From positions 1,600,001-1,664,000 of the forward strand of contig OZ252239.1 in NCBI GenBank assembly GCA_965249485.1: DNA of 64,000 nucleotides, given 5' to 3'. Positions within the stretch are counted from its first letter, which is position 1, and every line of letters begins with the position of its first letter. Positions 53,096 to 62,768 of this stretch are shown one piece after another. Both the position numbers and the translations under genes were made by a program. Source of the stretch: a bacterium. GTDB taxonomy: Bacteria > SM23-31. The notes beneath the pieces are model-generated. The model saw only the letters and a list, made by a program, of their open reading frames with translations, searched no databases and was not told where the DNA came from.

Positions 53096-54277
53096 CTATT
53101 TCGCAGTGAATTTATAAATTGTAGTCGTAGCATATTTCTCATCCGGATTGAGGACTGTCGAGGGGAAGTTGGGCTTATTTGGGGAATCGGGGAAATGCTG
53201 TGTTTCAAGGCAGAACCCGTACCGATGCTCATAAACGTTACCACCTTTCCCGGTGTTAGTGCCGTCCAGGAAATTTCCTGAATAAAACTGTAGACCGGGT
53301 TCGGTGGTGTGAACTTCCAGAATACGTCCGGTTGTTGGCTCATATACGCTGCCAGCCAACGTCAGTGACCCATCACCACTGTTCAACACCCAATTATGAT
53401 CATACCCGCCACCGAACCGTAACTGTTCAGTATCCTGTTCAATCCGTGCCCCTATGGCAGTCGGTTGGGTAAAGTCCATGGGAGTGCCGGTGACGCTCCT
53501 GAGTTCTCCTATCGGTATCAGACCTTCATCGACAGGCGTGAACCAGTCTGCATTAATCATTAATTCATGCTCCAGAATATCTCCCGAACCTGCGAGATTG
53601 AAATAGGAGTGGTTTGTCAGGTTAACTACTGTTACTTTGTCTGTCGTGGCAGTATAATCTATCTTGAGCTCATTATTATTGGTGAGAATATAGACAACGG
53701 TTACAGACAGATTGCCGGGGTATCCTTCTTCGCCATCTTTACTCAGGTAAGTGAGCTTTATCCCTACACCATCGTTATCCTTGAATGGTTCTGCTTGCCA
53801 CACGATCTTGTCAAATCCCTTGATTCCCCCGTGCAGATGATTCTCACCGTTGTTTTGTACAAGGGTATATTCAACCCCATCTAATGTAAATGTACCGTGC
53901 GCGATCCGATTTCCATACCGCCCTATTATTGCGCCAAAATAGGGGTTATTGTTTATGTATTCCTGCAGCGTGTCATATCCCAATACGACATCTTCCAGTT
54001 TCCCATTCCGATCAGGTGCCATGAAAGATACTACAATTCCCCCATAGTTCGTAATCGTTGCTTCTACACCATTGGTGTTTGTCAGAGTATAAAGATCAAC
54101 GGGGATCCCATCCGCTGTTTTTCCAAACGCTTGCTTATCAATGTTCATTGTTATACCTGTTTTTTTGCAGAATCCGAGTGATGTAACAACTATACTACCC
54201 AAAATAAACACGATCAGAGATTTATGTAAATTCAACATGCTCATACCACTATATATTTTTGCCTTGTTAAATAACAA
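53096..54277 (-). CDS. galM: Aldose 1-epimerase (galactose mutarotase), possibly with an export signal
   Basis: [28 protein letters not shown] and CLETQHFPD motifs; start codon uncertain. Confidence 0.93.
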   Translation of the reverse strand: MLFNKAKIYSGMSMLNLHKSLIVFILGSIVVTSLGFCKKTGITMNIDKQAFGKTADGIPVDLYTLTNTNGVEATITNYGGIVVSFMAPDRNGKLEDVVLGYDTLQEYINNNPYFGAIIGRYGNRIAHGTFTLDGVEYTLVQNNGENHLHGGIKGFDKIVWQAEPFKDNDGVGIKLTYLSKDGEEGYPGNLSVTVVYILTNNNELKIDYTATTDKVTVVNLTNHSYFNLAGSGDILEHELMINADWFTPVDEGLIPIGELRSVTGTPMDFTQPTAIGARIEQDTEQLRFGGGYDHNWVLNSGDGSLTLAGSVYEPTTGRILEVHTTEPGLQFYSGNFLDGTNTGKGGNVYEHRYGFCLETQHFPDSPNKPNFPSTVLNPDEKYATTTIYKFTAK

Positions 54278-54297
54278 TTGTCATATTGCTTTATAAT

Positions 54298-55200
54298 TTA
54301 GTTAGAAGAACTTGCAATCCTTCTTGCCTCAAGAAGCTCTCTGTGTGTCTGGATAATTTCATTATATTCATCCCTGTTCCAAGACTTCTGCTCTGCAGAA
54401 GAAATGAAATTACGAATGATCGCTTCAAACTCAATATCTTCATCATCAAATAAGTGTGGGGGGAGTATAGAGTAGGTATTACCGCCTTCATTGGCTTCTA
54501 TCTCTATCTCTACGCCGGTTGGTGCTCCTTTTCGGTGATCAGCCCCAGCGACAATCTCAATTCCTGAAGGCAGTGTTCCGGAGAGTCTAACATAAAGAGG
54601 AAAGTCACACGATTCTTCAAAGCTTTCTGCGGATGCTGAAAAGTTGGTCATAGCTTCGCCCCGTGCACCCGCAATCCATCGTGCAAGGTCGAATGAATGA
54701 ACACCGAGAGTAAAAAATCCACCGCCGGTTGTTTTTTTCTGCAATGTCCAACCTTTATTATCATCGAGGGTCTTCATTGGTAAATTGTACAAACAGCTTA
54801 CCTTTCGGACTCCTTTGATATTTTCTCGAATATTCATTACTAATGGATTCCATCTGAGGCGGTATCCAACATGCACCGTGACCTTTTGTTTCGGGAGGAC
54901 AGACTCGAGTTCATCAAGTTCGTCTTTGGTTATACATAATGGTTTTTCGACGTAAATCGGTTTACCTGCACGAACTGTCTTGAGACAAATCGAAGCGTGT
55001 AAAAAGTTTGGCACTGCGACAGTGACAGCATCGACATGAGGGAGCATATCATCAATTGAATGAAAAACAGGGATGTCTATATCCAGTTTGATTCTTGGGT
55101 CTTCTACAATTGCGCTCACCTGTGCACCTGCTTTTTTGATCTTCGACGCATGGACCTGGGCAATCTCGCCCCAACCAACTATTCCGACACGGAGTGACAT
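54298..55200 (-). CDS. Gfo/Idh/MocA-family oxidoreductase
   Basis: GIVGWGEIA, VEKP and GVHSFD motifs. Confidence 0.88.
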   Translation of the reverse strand: MSLRVGIVGWGEIAQVHASKIKKAGAQVSAIVEDPRIKLDIDIPVFHSIDDMLPHVDAVTVAVPNFLHASICLKTVRAGKPIYVEKPLCITKDELDELESVLPKQKVTVHVGYRLRWNPLVMNIRENIKGVRKVSCLYNLPMKTLDDNKGWTLQKKTTGGGFFTLGVHSFDLARWIAGARGEAMTNFSASAESFEESCDFPLYVRLSGTLPSGIEIVAGADHRKGAPTGVEIEIEANEGGNTYSILPPHLFDDEDIEFEAIIRNFISSAEQKSWNRDEYNEIIQTHRELLEARRIASSSN

Positions 55201-55560
55201 ACAATATCCAATACTTTCTTTACTGTATTATTGTACCAGCATATAAACGTTTTATTTTATTAATTGCTAGAAAGGAGTATTCAGTTTATTAGGAATCAAA
55301 AGATTTAATACAAAAATTATATTAATGAGATTAATTGGGTTATGCAACAAAATATATTTTAAAATTTATATTCATGAAAGATTGTTTTGTACTCTTGTCC
55401 GGAATAATCAAATTCAATATTCCCCTTGATGCAAAGACACCAAGTTACGACGATACAGGCGATTCTGCTTAAAAAAATATTATAGAAATGTGGAATTTCG
55501 ATTTCTGGCGAGAATTCTTGGACGAGATGACGCGGCACCGTTATAACCTGATGACACTCT

Positions 55561-57186
55561 TTAGCGTTTAGGGATAATAGGCTCAGGCGGCTTACCAAAA
55601 CCATATTTTTGGGGAATACGACCCGGGTAAACAGGTCCGGGCTTTCCAAAAACCGTGAACTCAACCACTCCGAACGGCACCTCTTTTGGCCATCCGGTGA
55701 TCGTCAGTTTCACATAACGACATTGAACCGGTGCGAAATCGTCGAATTCAACAACATTGTCCTCGTTGTTCCCGGTCTTGTCTACTACGGTCCGAAAAAC
55801 TTCACCATCCGATGATACTTCGATTTTGTATTTCCGGGTTCTGATCACGTTAGTTTCTGTCCAGCGTTCAGGTGGAATTGAGAAAAGGATTCGATCTGAG
55901 TCAATGATGAAATCCTGAAGGGGATCTACCTCTGTAACGACTCCAAGGTCGAGGATAAGCCAGGGTTCTGCATCATTTTCAGCTGGCTCCCACCAGGTTC
56001 TGAGATTATTGTCGAAAGCGTAGGGTGCATTTCGTCCGGGTGCCTCACTGCTGACAACATAGCTCTTGTCTTCCGTCAAGGATATTGATCCACTACCATT
56101 GTTTTCCCAGGGATTGGCCTTTACACCCGGAGCCCACTGCGGCATCTCCGATGGCCCATTAATAAACATGTTCCCGTACTCATCAAAGCCAACCGGATCC
56201 ATACCGATACGCCGTTCTAACCAGCGGTTCCAGTTCCGGTAAAGTAGTGTGTAGAATGCCCATAAGGTGCCGTCGGGAGCTTCGATTACGCTGTGATGCC
56301 CGGTACCATTGATCAGTCCGTTCTTGTGAACAAGGATCGGACTTCCCTCGTAGTATGTGAATGGACCCAGTGGATTTATACTGGTATATAAGCCGACGGC
56401 GTATGTTTTCCAATCGGTTCCCGGGGCTGTATACTGAAGATAATAAATTCCTTTTCGCTTGGTCATCCAGGGCCCTTCTATCCAGCTCACACCGCTGTAC
56501 TCATTCCGGTTACCGTATCGTTCCCAGATATGAGACGGCTCAAACTGAAAGAAACGTTCGGCAGGACCCAAGAAATTCCTCACGTCTCTACTATCGAGCT
56601 CGACTCCGTATATCCCGTTGATCGAACGCCCGGCGAAATAAAAATAGACTCGGTCATCCTCGTCGACAAAAATCATCGGGTCGAATACGCCCCCGACACC
56701 CTTTAAACTCTTGCCATCTTCGTCCTTGAAATCGCCATAGTATTCAAACGGTCCCAGCGGATCACGGCTCCGAAAGAGTCCGGCATCGATCCCGGTAAAG
56801 TACACATAGTCTCGATACACAAAAACAGCAGGAGCTTCAACCGTTCTATTGCTTCTCTGGGTATATGTACCGCCCTCCGGCAGCGTTACCAGGTGATGCT
56901 CCCATTGTATCAAATCGTCAGATGACCATACAAGACCTCCGCTCAGATACATATAATATTTTTCCTGAAATCGGATGACCATGGGATCTCCGATTAACCC
57001 AACATTTTCTACTTTGAGCGGGTTAACATAACGCAGCGTCTTCTTCTGCTGAGCATTGGTAGAAATTTTTCCACCGCCCTGGATCACCTGTGCGGAGATC
57101 GATGCGACTTCCCAAAACACAAATCCGCACAATGTGAATATTCCAATAAGACAGAAGAAAATAGACTTTGTAAGTAATTCCTTCAC
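55561..57186 (-). CDS. GH43-like glycoside hydrolase with C-terminal F5/8-type (CBM32-like) domain, exported
   Basis: GDP, EAP, FDP, IEGPW and GTGHHS motifs; AFDNN..TWW and RYVKL in the C-terminal domain; probable GTG start at 57186 after GGAGG. Confidence 0.82.
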   Translation of the reverse strand: MKELLTKSIFFCLIGIFTLCGFVFWEVASISAQVIQGGGKISTNAQQKKTLRYVNPLKVENVGLIGDPMVIRFQEKYYMYLSGGLVWSSDDLIQWEHHLVTLPEGGTYTQRSNRTVEAPAVFVYRDYVYFTGIDAGLFRSRDPLGPFEYYGDFKDEDGKSLKGVGGVFDPMIFVDEDDRVYFYFAGRSINGIYGVELDSRDVRNFLGPAERFFQFEPSHIWERYGNRNEYSGVSWIEGPWMTKRKGIYYLQYTAPGTDWKTYAVGLYTSINPLGPFTYYEGSPILVHKNGLINGTGHHSVIEAPDGTLWAFYTLLYRNWNRWLERRIGMDPVGFDEYGNMFINGPSEMPQWAPGVKANPWENNGSGSISLTEDKSYVVSSEAPGRNAPYAFDNNLRTWWEPAENDAEPWLILDLGVVTEVDPLQDFIIDSDRILFSIPPERWTETNVIRTRKYKIEVSSDGEVFRTVVDKTGNNEDNVVEFDDFAPVQCRYVKLTITGWPKEVPFGVVEFTVFGKPGPVYPGRIPQKYGFGKPPEPIIPKR

Positions 57187-57305
57187 GGTTGATCCCTCCA
57201 TAGAATACTATTGATTAGCTTCACTTAAATTACTTCCATCTCTTCTATAACACATATTTCTTATCAATTGACAAATCCCATTTCTTCTGAAGAAAAGTGA
57301 TTCAC

Positions 57306-58112
57306 TTACAATGACATCGCTAATCGAAAACCGTGATAGTAGTATCCATCACCGGGATAGTGGTTGATGCGGGATGTAGTCCGGCAGTACTCAGGCGGAT
57401 CACGCCACGATCCGCCCCGTAATACTCGAAAATACCCGGTTTGAGGACCCTGTGGATTGTCCGACGGACTGTTAGCGTAGTAATGACCCTTGTCGTAATC
57501 CGAACACCATTCCCACACATTACCCGACATGTTGTACAGACCAAGTTTATTCGGTGCAAAACTGCCCACCGGAACACTCCTGCCGCGAAACACTCCCAAA
57601 CGGGAATAGGATTCCTTATAAGCCGCACTACCGTCAAAGTTGATCTCAGTCGGATCTGCACTATTGTTACCATTGCCGAAACGGACCTTGTTGCCTCTTT
57701 CCCGTGCTGCATACTCCCATTCCGCCTCGGTCGGAAGACGAATGTCCCTGCCGGTTTCATCGGATAACCAGCTGCAAAATGAATTAATATCCTCAAATGG
57801 TACGTTGATCACCGGTAGCTGACCGCGTCCCCAGCCCTCATCACCCGGTTTTCGTCTTCCCGTAGCTTCACAGAACGCATCGTACTGGGCGAAGGTTACT
57901 TCAGTCGCACTCAGGTAATAATTGTCCAGGGTAACGGTATGAACCGGTAATTCGGAACTCAATCCCTCACCAAAGGTGTCACCCATCTCAAACGTACCGC
58001 CTGGAATATGAACAAACTCAATACCATATGGAAATGTTTGAGAATGGATGTCCGAAAATAATAGAATTACTAATAGTAATATGACAGGGATACTATGATT
58101 TATTTTCTTCAT
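57306..58112 (-). CDS. FGE-sulfatase (SUMF1) domain protein, exported
   Basis: TEVT, RLPTEAEWEYAAR, GLYNMSGNVWEW, RGGSW and GFR motifs. Confidence 0.9.
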   Translation of the reverse strand: MKKINHSIPVILLLVILLFSDIHSQTFPYGIEFVHIPGGTFEMGDTFGEGLSSELPVHTVTLDNYYLSATEVTFAQYDAFCEATGRRKPGDEGWGRGQLPVINVPFEDINSFCSWLSDETGRDIRLPTEAEWEYAARERGNKVRFGNGNNSADPTEINFDGSAAYKESYSRLGVFRGRSVPVGSFAPNKLGLYNMSGNVWEWCSDYDKGHYYANSPSDNPQGPQTGYFRVLRGGSWRDPPEYCRTTSRINHYPGDGYYYHGFRLAMSL

Positions 58113-58202
58113 TTGCAGCTGGCTCCAATAAGTTGAAAACAGATTGAATGAACGTCCAAAGTGTGTATTTTTATGCCATGAATCAGAAATTAGCAGCCAT
58201 CT

Positions 58203-59549
58203 TTATTGACCCGGTGAAACATGACGGGGAGTAACCACTCGTCCATTTTTGATGATGACGCGTCCGTCACGGATGACCAGGTCTGTATTCGCAAGGTCCT
58301 CAAGGTCTTCATCCGGCTTGCCGTCAACTACAAGAATATCGGCGAGTTTTCCCGGCTCTAAAGTTCCCAGTTTATCGCCCATATCAAGGATCTCTGCACC
58401 TACCTTTGTGGCAGAAAGAAGGGCTTGGGAAATGGTCATCCCTGCTTCGACAAAAGTCTTTAATTCCCGAATATAGTTAATGGGGTGTAATTCAATTTCT
58501 TCACCATTATCGAGACTTACACCCATTGGTATCCCGGCAGCTACCATTTTACTAAGAGTTTCCATAACTTCCGGATCCTGATATCCTGCTGCTACCGTAG
58601 GAGCCGATTGTACACCTCTTTCCACCATCATTCTGATTACCTTATCTGTTTCTCTGTCAGGACCGGTGTGCTCTACGCAGTCTAATCCCGCTTCAATAGC
58701 CCACTCAAGATAGGGGACATGAGCATCTGACATAACCTTTATACCCAAGGCATGTGCTTCTTCTATTGCTGATGCTATCTCTGCACGATTGTATATATTT
58801 GTGGTCTTGATCAGATCAGCACCTTTATTAAATTGTTCCCGTACATTCATACGCCACTCCATCGCCCCATCATAGTGGGTCTCTGCCAGAGTATAACGTT
58901 TTTCTATTGCTTTATAATTCCCTTCGACTGAATGACCGCCGGTGCCGGTAGTTGTCTGGCCGACAGCAAATATTCTGGGACCGGGTATTCGATTCTCGTT
59001 GACGGCATCTTTTAATCGGAATGCTACCTCCCCATGCGCTGCAGCATCACGGATACTGGTTATGCCGCTTTCGATATACCAGCGAAGATGTTCGATGGCC
59101 ATAAGTGTAAGATGTGCCTCGTGTGTTATAACATCGATACCATCATGAAGAGGCGAAGTGATTTCGGTAATATGTTCATGCATGGCTATAAGACCGGGCA
59201 TGACGGTTTTCCCGTCAACATCGATAACCTGTGCATTCCGGGGCCAATTTGTTGATCCGGGTGGAAGGATTTCTTTGATTCTGTTTCGTTCAATGACAAC
59301 ATTTCCATCACGCGCATCTGCACCGGTCCCATCAAAGATTCGCCCGCCGGTTATAACAATCGTGCCATCGGGACCTTCCGGACCAGGAGGTAAAGGAATA
59401 CGGCGGGGATCGTTCGTGGTCCTTGTATTCGGATCAATAAACCTTCTGCGGTCTTCTATCGTCTGGCCATACATTACTCCGTAAAAGGTAAAAACCCCGA
59501 TAAGACAGAGAAATATGGACTTGGTTATTGTTTGATTCATGATTAACAC
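58203..59549 (-). CDS. Amidohydrolase-superfamily protein (dipeptidase-like), exported; paralog A
   Basis: MPGLIAMHEH, GITSIRD, GADLIK, VEH and LGTLEPGKLAD motifs. Confidence 0.88.
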   Translation of the reverse strand: MLIMNQTITKSIFLCLIGVFTFYGVMYGQTIEDRRRFIDPNTRTTNDPRRIPLPPGPEGPDGTIVITGGRIFDGTGADARDGNVVIERNRIKEILPPGSTNWPRNAQVIDVDGKTVMPGLIAMHEHITEITSPLHDGIDVITHEAHLTLMAIEHLRWYIESGITSIRDAAAHGEVAFRLKDAVNENRIPGPRIFAVGQTTTGTGGHSVEGNYKAIEKRYTLAETHYDGAMEWRMNVREQFNKGADLIKTTNIYNRAEIASAIEEAHALGIKVMSDAHVPYLEWAIEAGLDCVEHTGPDRETDKVIRMMVERGVQSAPTVAAGYQDPEVMETLSKMVAAGIPMGVSLDNGEEIELHPINYIRELKTFVEAGMTISQALLSATKVGAEILDMGDKLGTLEPGKLADILVVDGKPDEDLEDLANTDLVIRDGRVIIKNGRVVTPRHVSPGQ

Positions 59550-59605
59550 CTCTTATATATAGTTGTAAAAATATTGACTCTTTGAATTAATTTTGCTTTT
59601 AGCTG

Positions 59606-61000
59606 TTATTTTACGCTCCAATGGCCTTCTGGCATTAAAGCCATCGGATCATGAGGATCTATGTTTAACATTCCATCTATGATGACGATATGTCCGTCAC
59701 GGATAACCAGGTTAACATTCGCAAGGTCGTCAAGGTCAGCATCCGGCCTGCCGTCAATGACAATAATATCGGCAAGTTTCCCCGTCTCTAATGTTCCCAG
59801 TTGTTCATCCATATCAAGGATCTCAGCATTCGTCTTTGTGGCGGCAACAAGGGCTTCGGTAATGGTATACCCTCCCTCGACAAAATATTTTAACTCTTGA
59901 ATATAGGTGTAGGGCAATTCTATAACACTGTTTCCCATATCGAGACCAACACCCATTTTTATTCCGGCACGTCTCATTTTTTGAAACGTTTCCATAATTG
60001 AGTCTTTTGTTATTGTGAACCTGCGTGAAGCTTCGCCGAAATACCCGCCTTCCCGCTCGATTCTTCTCATTGATGATGTAATTGTAGGAACAGCCTGTGT
60101 CCCATTTGACGCCATCAACCTTATAGTCCTATCTGTCCGGGGCATTAGGTGATCGATCACGTCTACTCCTGCTTCGACCGCCCACTGAATATAAAACGTT
60201 TCAGCATTGGCTGAGACCTTCAATCCCAGAGTGTGTGCTTCTTCTACAGCTACTCCAATTTCATCAGGTCTGAAATGACTGGCGACTGAAATTAAAGCAG
60301 CACCATTCGTCCATTGCTGCCGCGTTGCTTCCAGCCATTCGTCCGGTCCATTAACGGTCCACTCTGCAGAGATCATGACAGCCTCGGGAATTTCGACATT
60401 TATGAAATTGCCATACCACATTCCCTCTGTTGAATGTCCTCCTATAGCGGTAATGAGTTGTCCTGAAGGAAATAATCGGGGACCGAAAACTCGATTTTGT
60501 AAAACTAAATCTTTTAATCTGAATGGTATATCCCCATGTGATCCAATATCACGAATACTTGTGATACCACTTTCGATATACCATTTAAGACGCTCGTAGG
60601 CATTAATCGTACCTAATACTGCATACGTTTTAACATTGGGGCCAGGATTAATGACTCCCTTAGCCTTGGTTATTTGTTCATGCATGGCTATAAGGCCCGG
60701 CATGACAGTTTTTCCAGCAACATCGATCACGTTTGCATTTCGAGGCCAATCTCTTGAACCGGGTGGAAGGATCTCTGTGATCATATTTCGTTCAATGACA
60801 ATAGATCCGTTGCGCACTGCCGCACCGGTCCCATCAAATATCCGTCCGCCGGTTATAACCGTGGTACCCTCGGGACCCGGCTGAAATCCGCTCGGAGCTC
60901 TCGTTCCTGATATTGCCGTCAATTGACCAAACATCTCCCCGTAAAATGTAAATACCCCGATAAAACAGAGAATTACGGACCTAATAAGTAGTTTCTTCAT
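59606..61000 (-). CDS. Amidohydrolase-superfamily protein, exported; paralog B with degenerate metal site
   Basis: MPGLIAMHEQ, GAALIS, IDH, GLD and GTLETGKLAD motifs. Confidence 0.85.
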   Translation of the reverse strand: MKKLLIRSVILCFIGVFTFYGEMFGQLTAISGTRAPSGFQPGPEGTTVITGGRIFDGTGAAVRNGSIVIERNMITEILPPGSRDWPRNANVIDVAGKTVMPGLIAMHEQITKAKGVINPGPNVKTYAVLGTINAYERLKWYIESGITSIRDIGSHGDIPFRLKDLVLQNRVFGPRLFPSGQLITAIGGHSTEGMWYGNFINVEIPEAVMISAEWTVNGPDEWLEATRQQWTNGAALISVASHFRPDEIGVAVEEAHTLGLKVSANAETFYIQWAVEAGVDVIDHLMPRTDRTIRLMASNGTQAVPTITSSMRRIEREGGYFGEASRRFTITKDSIMETFQKMRRAGIKMGVGLDMGNSVIELPYTYIQELKYFVEGGYTITEALVAATKTNAEILDMDEQLGTLETGKLADIIVIDGRPDADLDDLANVNLVIRDGHIVIIDGMLNIDPHDPMALMPEGHWSVK

Positions 61001-61228
61001 GACTACTCCTTTCTGTTATATGTTATAACATATTGAACACTTCAAATTATATTTGAAGGAATCAGTTTTGCCATTACTAATGTATCCCACGCTCAGAATT
61101 GGACGATTTGCGAACATTTAAAATTGAAATCAATAGCAGAATCGTTCTGAAGCCGTGTATAAGAAAATTCCGGCATGAACAACGCAAAAAATATTAAAAG
61201 CAACTCCTCCTTTCTCGTATATTGAGAC

Positions 61229-62668
61229 TCATTTAATCAGTATAATCTTTTCATTTGGTGGATGAAGCCATTCAACACCACGGCTGGATACTATGTGATT
61301 ACCCTCTATATTGATGGAAAGTGGATATCCCGGACGTTCAGGAAGGTTTGTGTGAACAATATATTCAAAAGAGAACATATGATTTTCTTGAATTGTGAGA
61401 TGATCTCTATCAGACCGAAATGGAGCAACCGAAGGACCGACAGTTACCAGACTACCGTCATGATGACCCTGACTGTGTAAATCAATAGAAATACCTGATC
61501 TATCAGTATTAGCTAAAGCCTTACTCAGCATATCATAATCTTCCGTGCCAATATCGATAAAAGGTGTATATATATAGTCTGCATCTTCCAGTGCTCTAAC
61601 ACAAGCTTCTAATGTTTCTTCGACTGTTCTACCAATTTTTACGTTTTGCCGAATAATCTTTTGAGCTTCCAAAGCACGATCAAAAGCATGCTGTATGCTC
61701 TGGGGAACACTTGTTTCATCCTCCAATAAAATGTATGCGTTACGTTTATAATCTGTCGAAAAATAATCCAGATATCGAACACCATTATCAAAATTTAAAA
61801 AGTCACCGCGCTGAATTACATAATCAGGGTGGTAAATCCAACCTCCCGTAGAAGGTGGATCAATAGGTTTGGATTTTACGGAGTATAGAATACGAGGAAT
61901 GCCTACTCCAGTATTATATCCCCTACCTAATCCCCGTTTATGATGCTCTTCCCGGACCCACCAGCCTATCTCACGCAAGGTTGTTACACCCGGTGTGATA
62001 ACCTCACGAGATAAAGAACGTTCAAGAATTTGTCGATGAGCTTCCAATGCATTGGTCATAGTTGAAACTTCCCTGAGTATCCTTCTTGCCCTAAAATCAG
62101 TGATCACATTTTCAGCAGAGATAATTCGATCAGAGTATTTCGGCCCTAATATTTTTTCCAGTTTTACATATTGAGAATATGAAATACCGTCCGCAATAGC
62201 GAGCCAATCGGATGTGTTGACCGCGATCGTCTGCGGATCGCGTTCTGCAATATAATTTCTCAATTCGTCGTAAACGGAGAAGTCTTGCGTTCGATAATTA
62301 TATCCTGCGATAGCCATTGAAATTTCGTTGGAGCCGTGTATGTCGATATTTTCAACAGCTCCTGCCGAACCAAATACAGCCCGCTCGATTCTGTTACCCA
62401 GATCGGTAAAAATCAGATAACCGGACGTCGATCCGAAATTCTCGGTCAATGGATCAGGGTCTCCATTACGTGTGACGTGAATCCACATGTCCACATTATT
62501 ATCGCGCATGGCTCCGGGAAGGATAAGATCAAGTTTTTCATTCCGTATCAGCCGGAGAACTTCAGAACCGGTTTTTGCCGTATGAACACCTGGCTGTGCA
62601 TTGGCAACTGGTACAGTGAAAATCATAGATAGTAAAAATATCATTGCTCTAAATATCATGACTTGCAC
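61229..62668 (-). CDS. M24 metallopeptidase, exported; paralog 5, closest to 32625..34052
   Basis: AQPGVHTAKTG, FDNGVRYLDYFSTDYKRNAY, DLHSQG, SFEY and NIEGNH motifs. Confidence 0.82.
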   Translation of the reverse strand: MQVMIFRAMIFLLSMIFTVPVANAQPGVHTAKTGSEVLRLIRNEKLDLILPGAMRDNNVDMWIHVTRNGDPDPLTENFGSTSGYLIFTDLGNRIERAVFGSAGAVENIDIHGSNEISMAIAGYNYRTQDFSVYDELRNYIAERDPQTIAVNTSDWLAIADGISYSQYVKLEKILGPKYSDRIISAENVITDFRARRILREVSTMTNALEAHRQILERSLSREVITPGVTTLREIGWWVREEHHKRGLGRGYNTGVGIPRILYSVKSKPIDPPSTGGWIYHPDYVIQRGDFLNFDNGVRYLDYFSTDYKRNAYILLEDETSVPQSIQHAFDRALEAQKIIRQNVKIGRTVEETLEACVRALEDADYIYTPFIDIGTEDYDMLSKALANTDRSGISIDLHSQGHHDGSLVTVGPSVAPFRSDRDHLTIQENHMFSFEYIVHTNLPERPGYPLSINIEGNHIVSSRGVEWLHPPNEKIILIK

Positions 62669-62768
62669 CTCTTGTGATTATTGCTGATGAATACAATTTT
62701 AAGCAAATTACTTTTACAGCTGGTTTATGCTTCTTGGGCACTGCTATTTATCAATGTAAACAGTTTTA

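Noticed and set aside
57306..58112. True formylglycine-generating enzyme
   Set aside because: RGGSWRDPPEYC has only one of the two catalytic cysteines of FGE, and no sulfatase gene is nearby.
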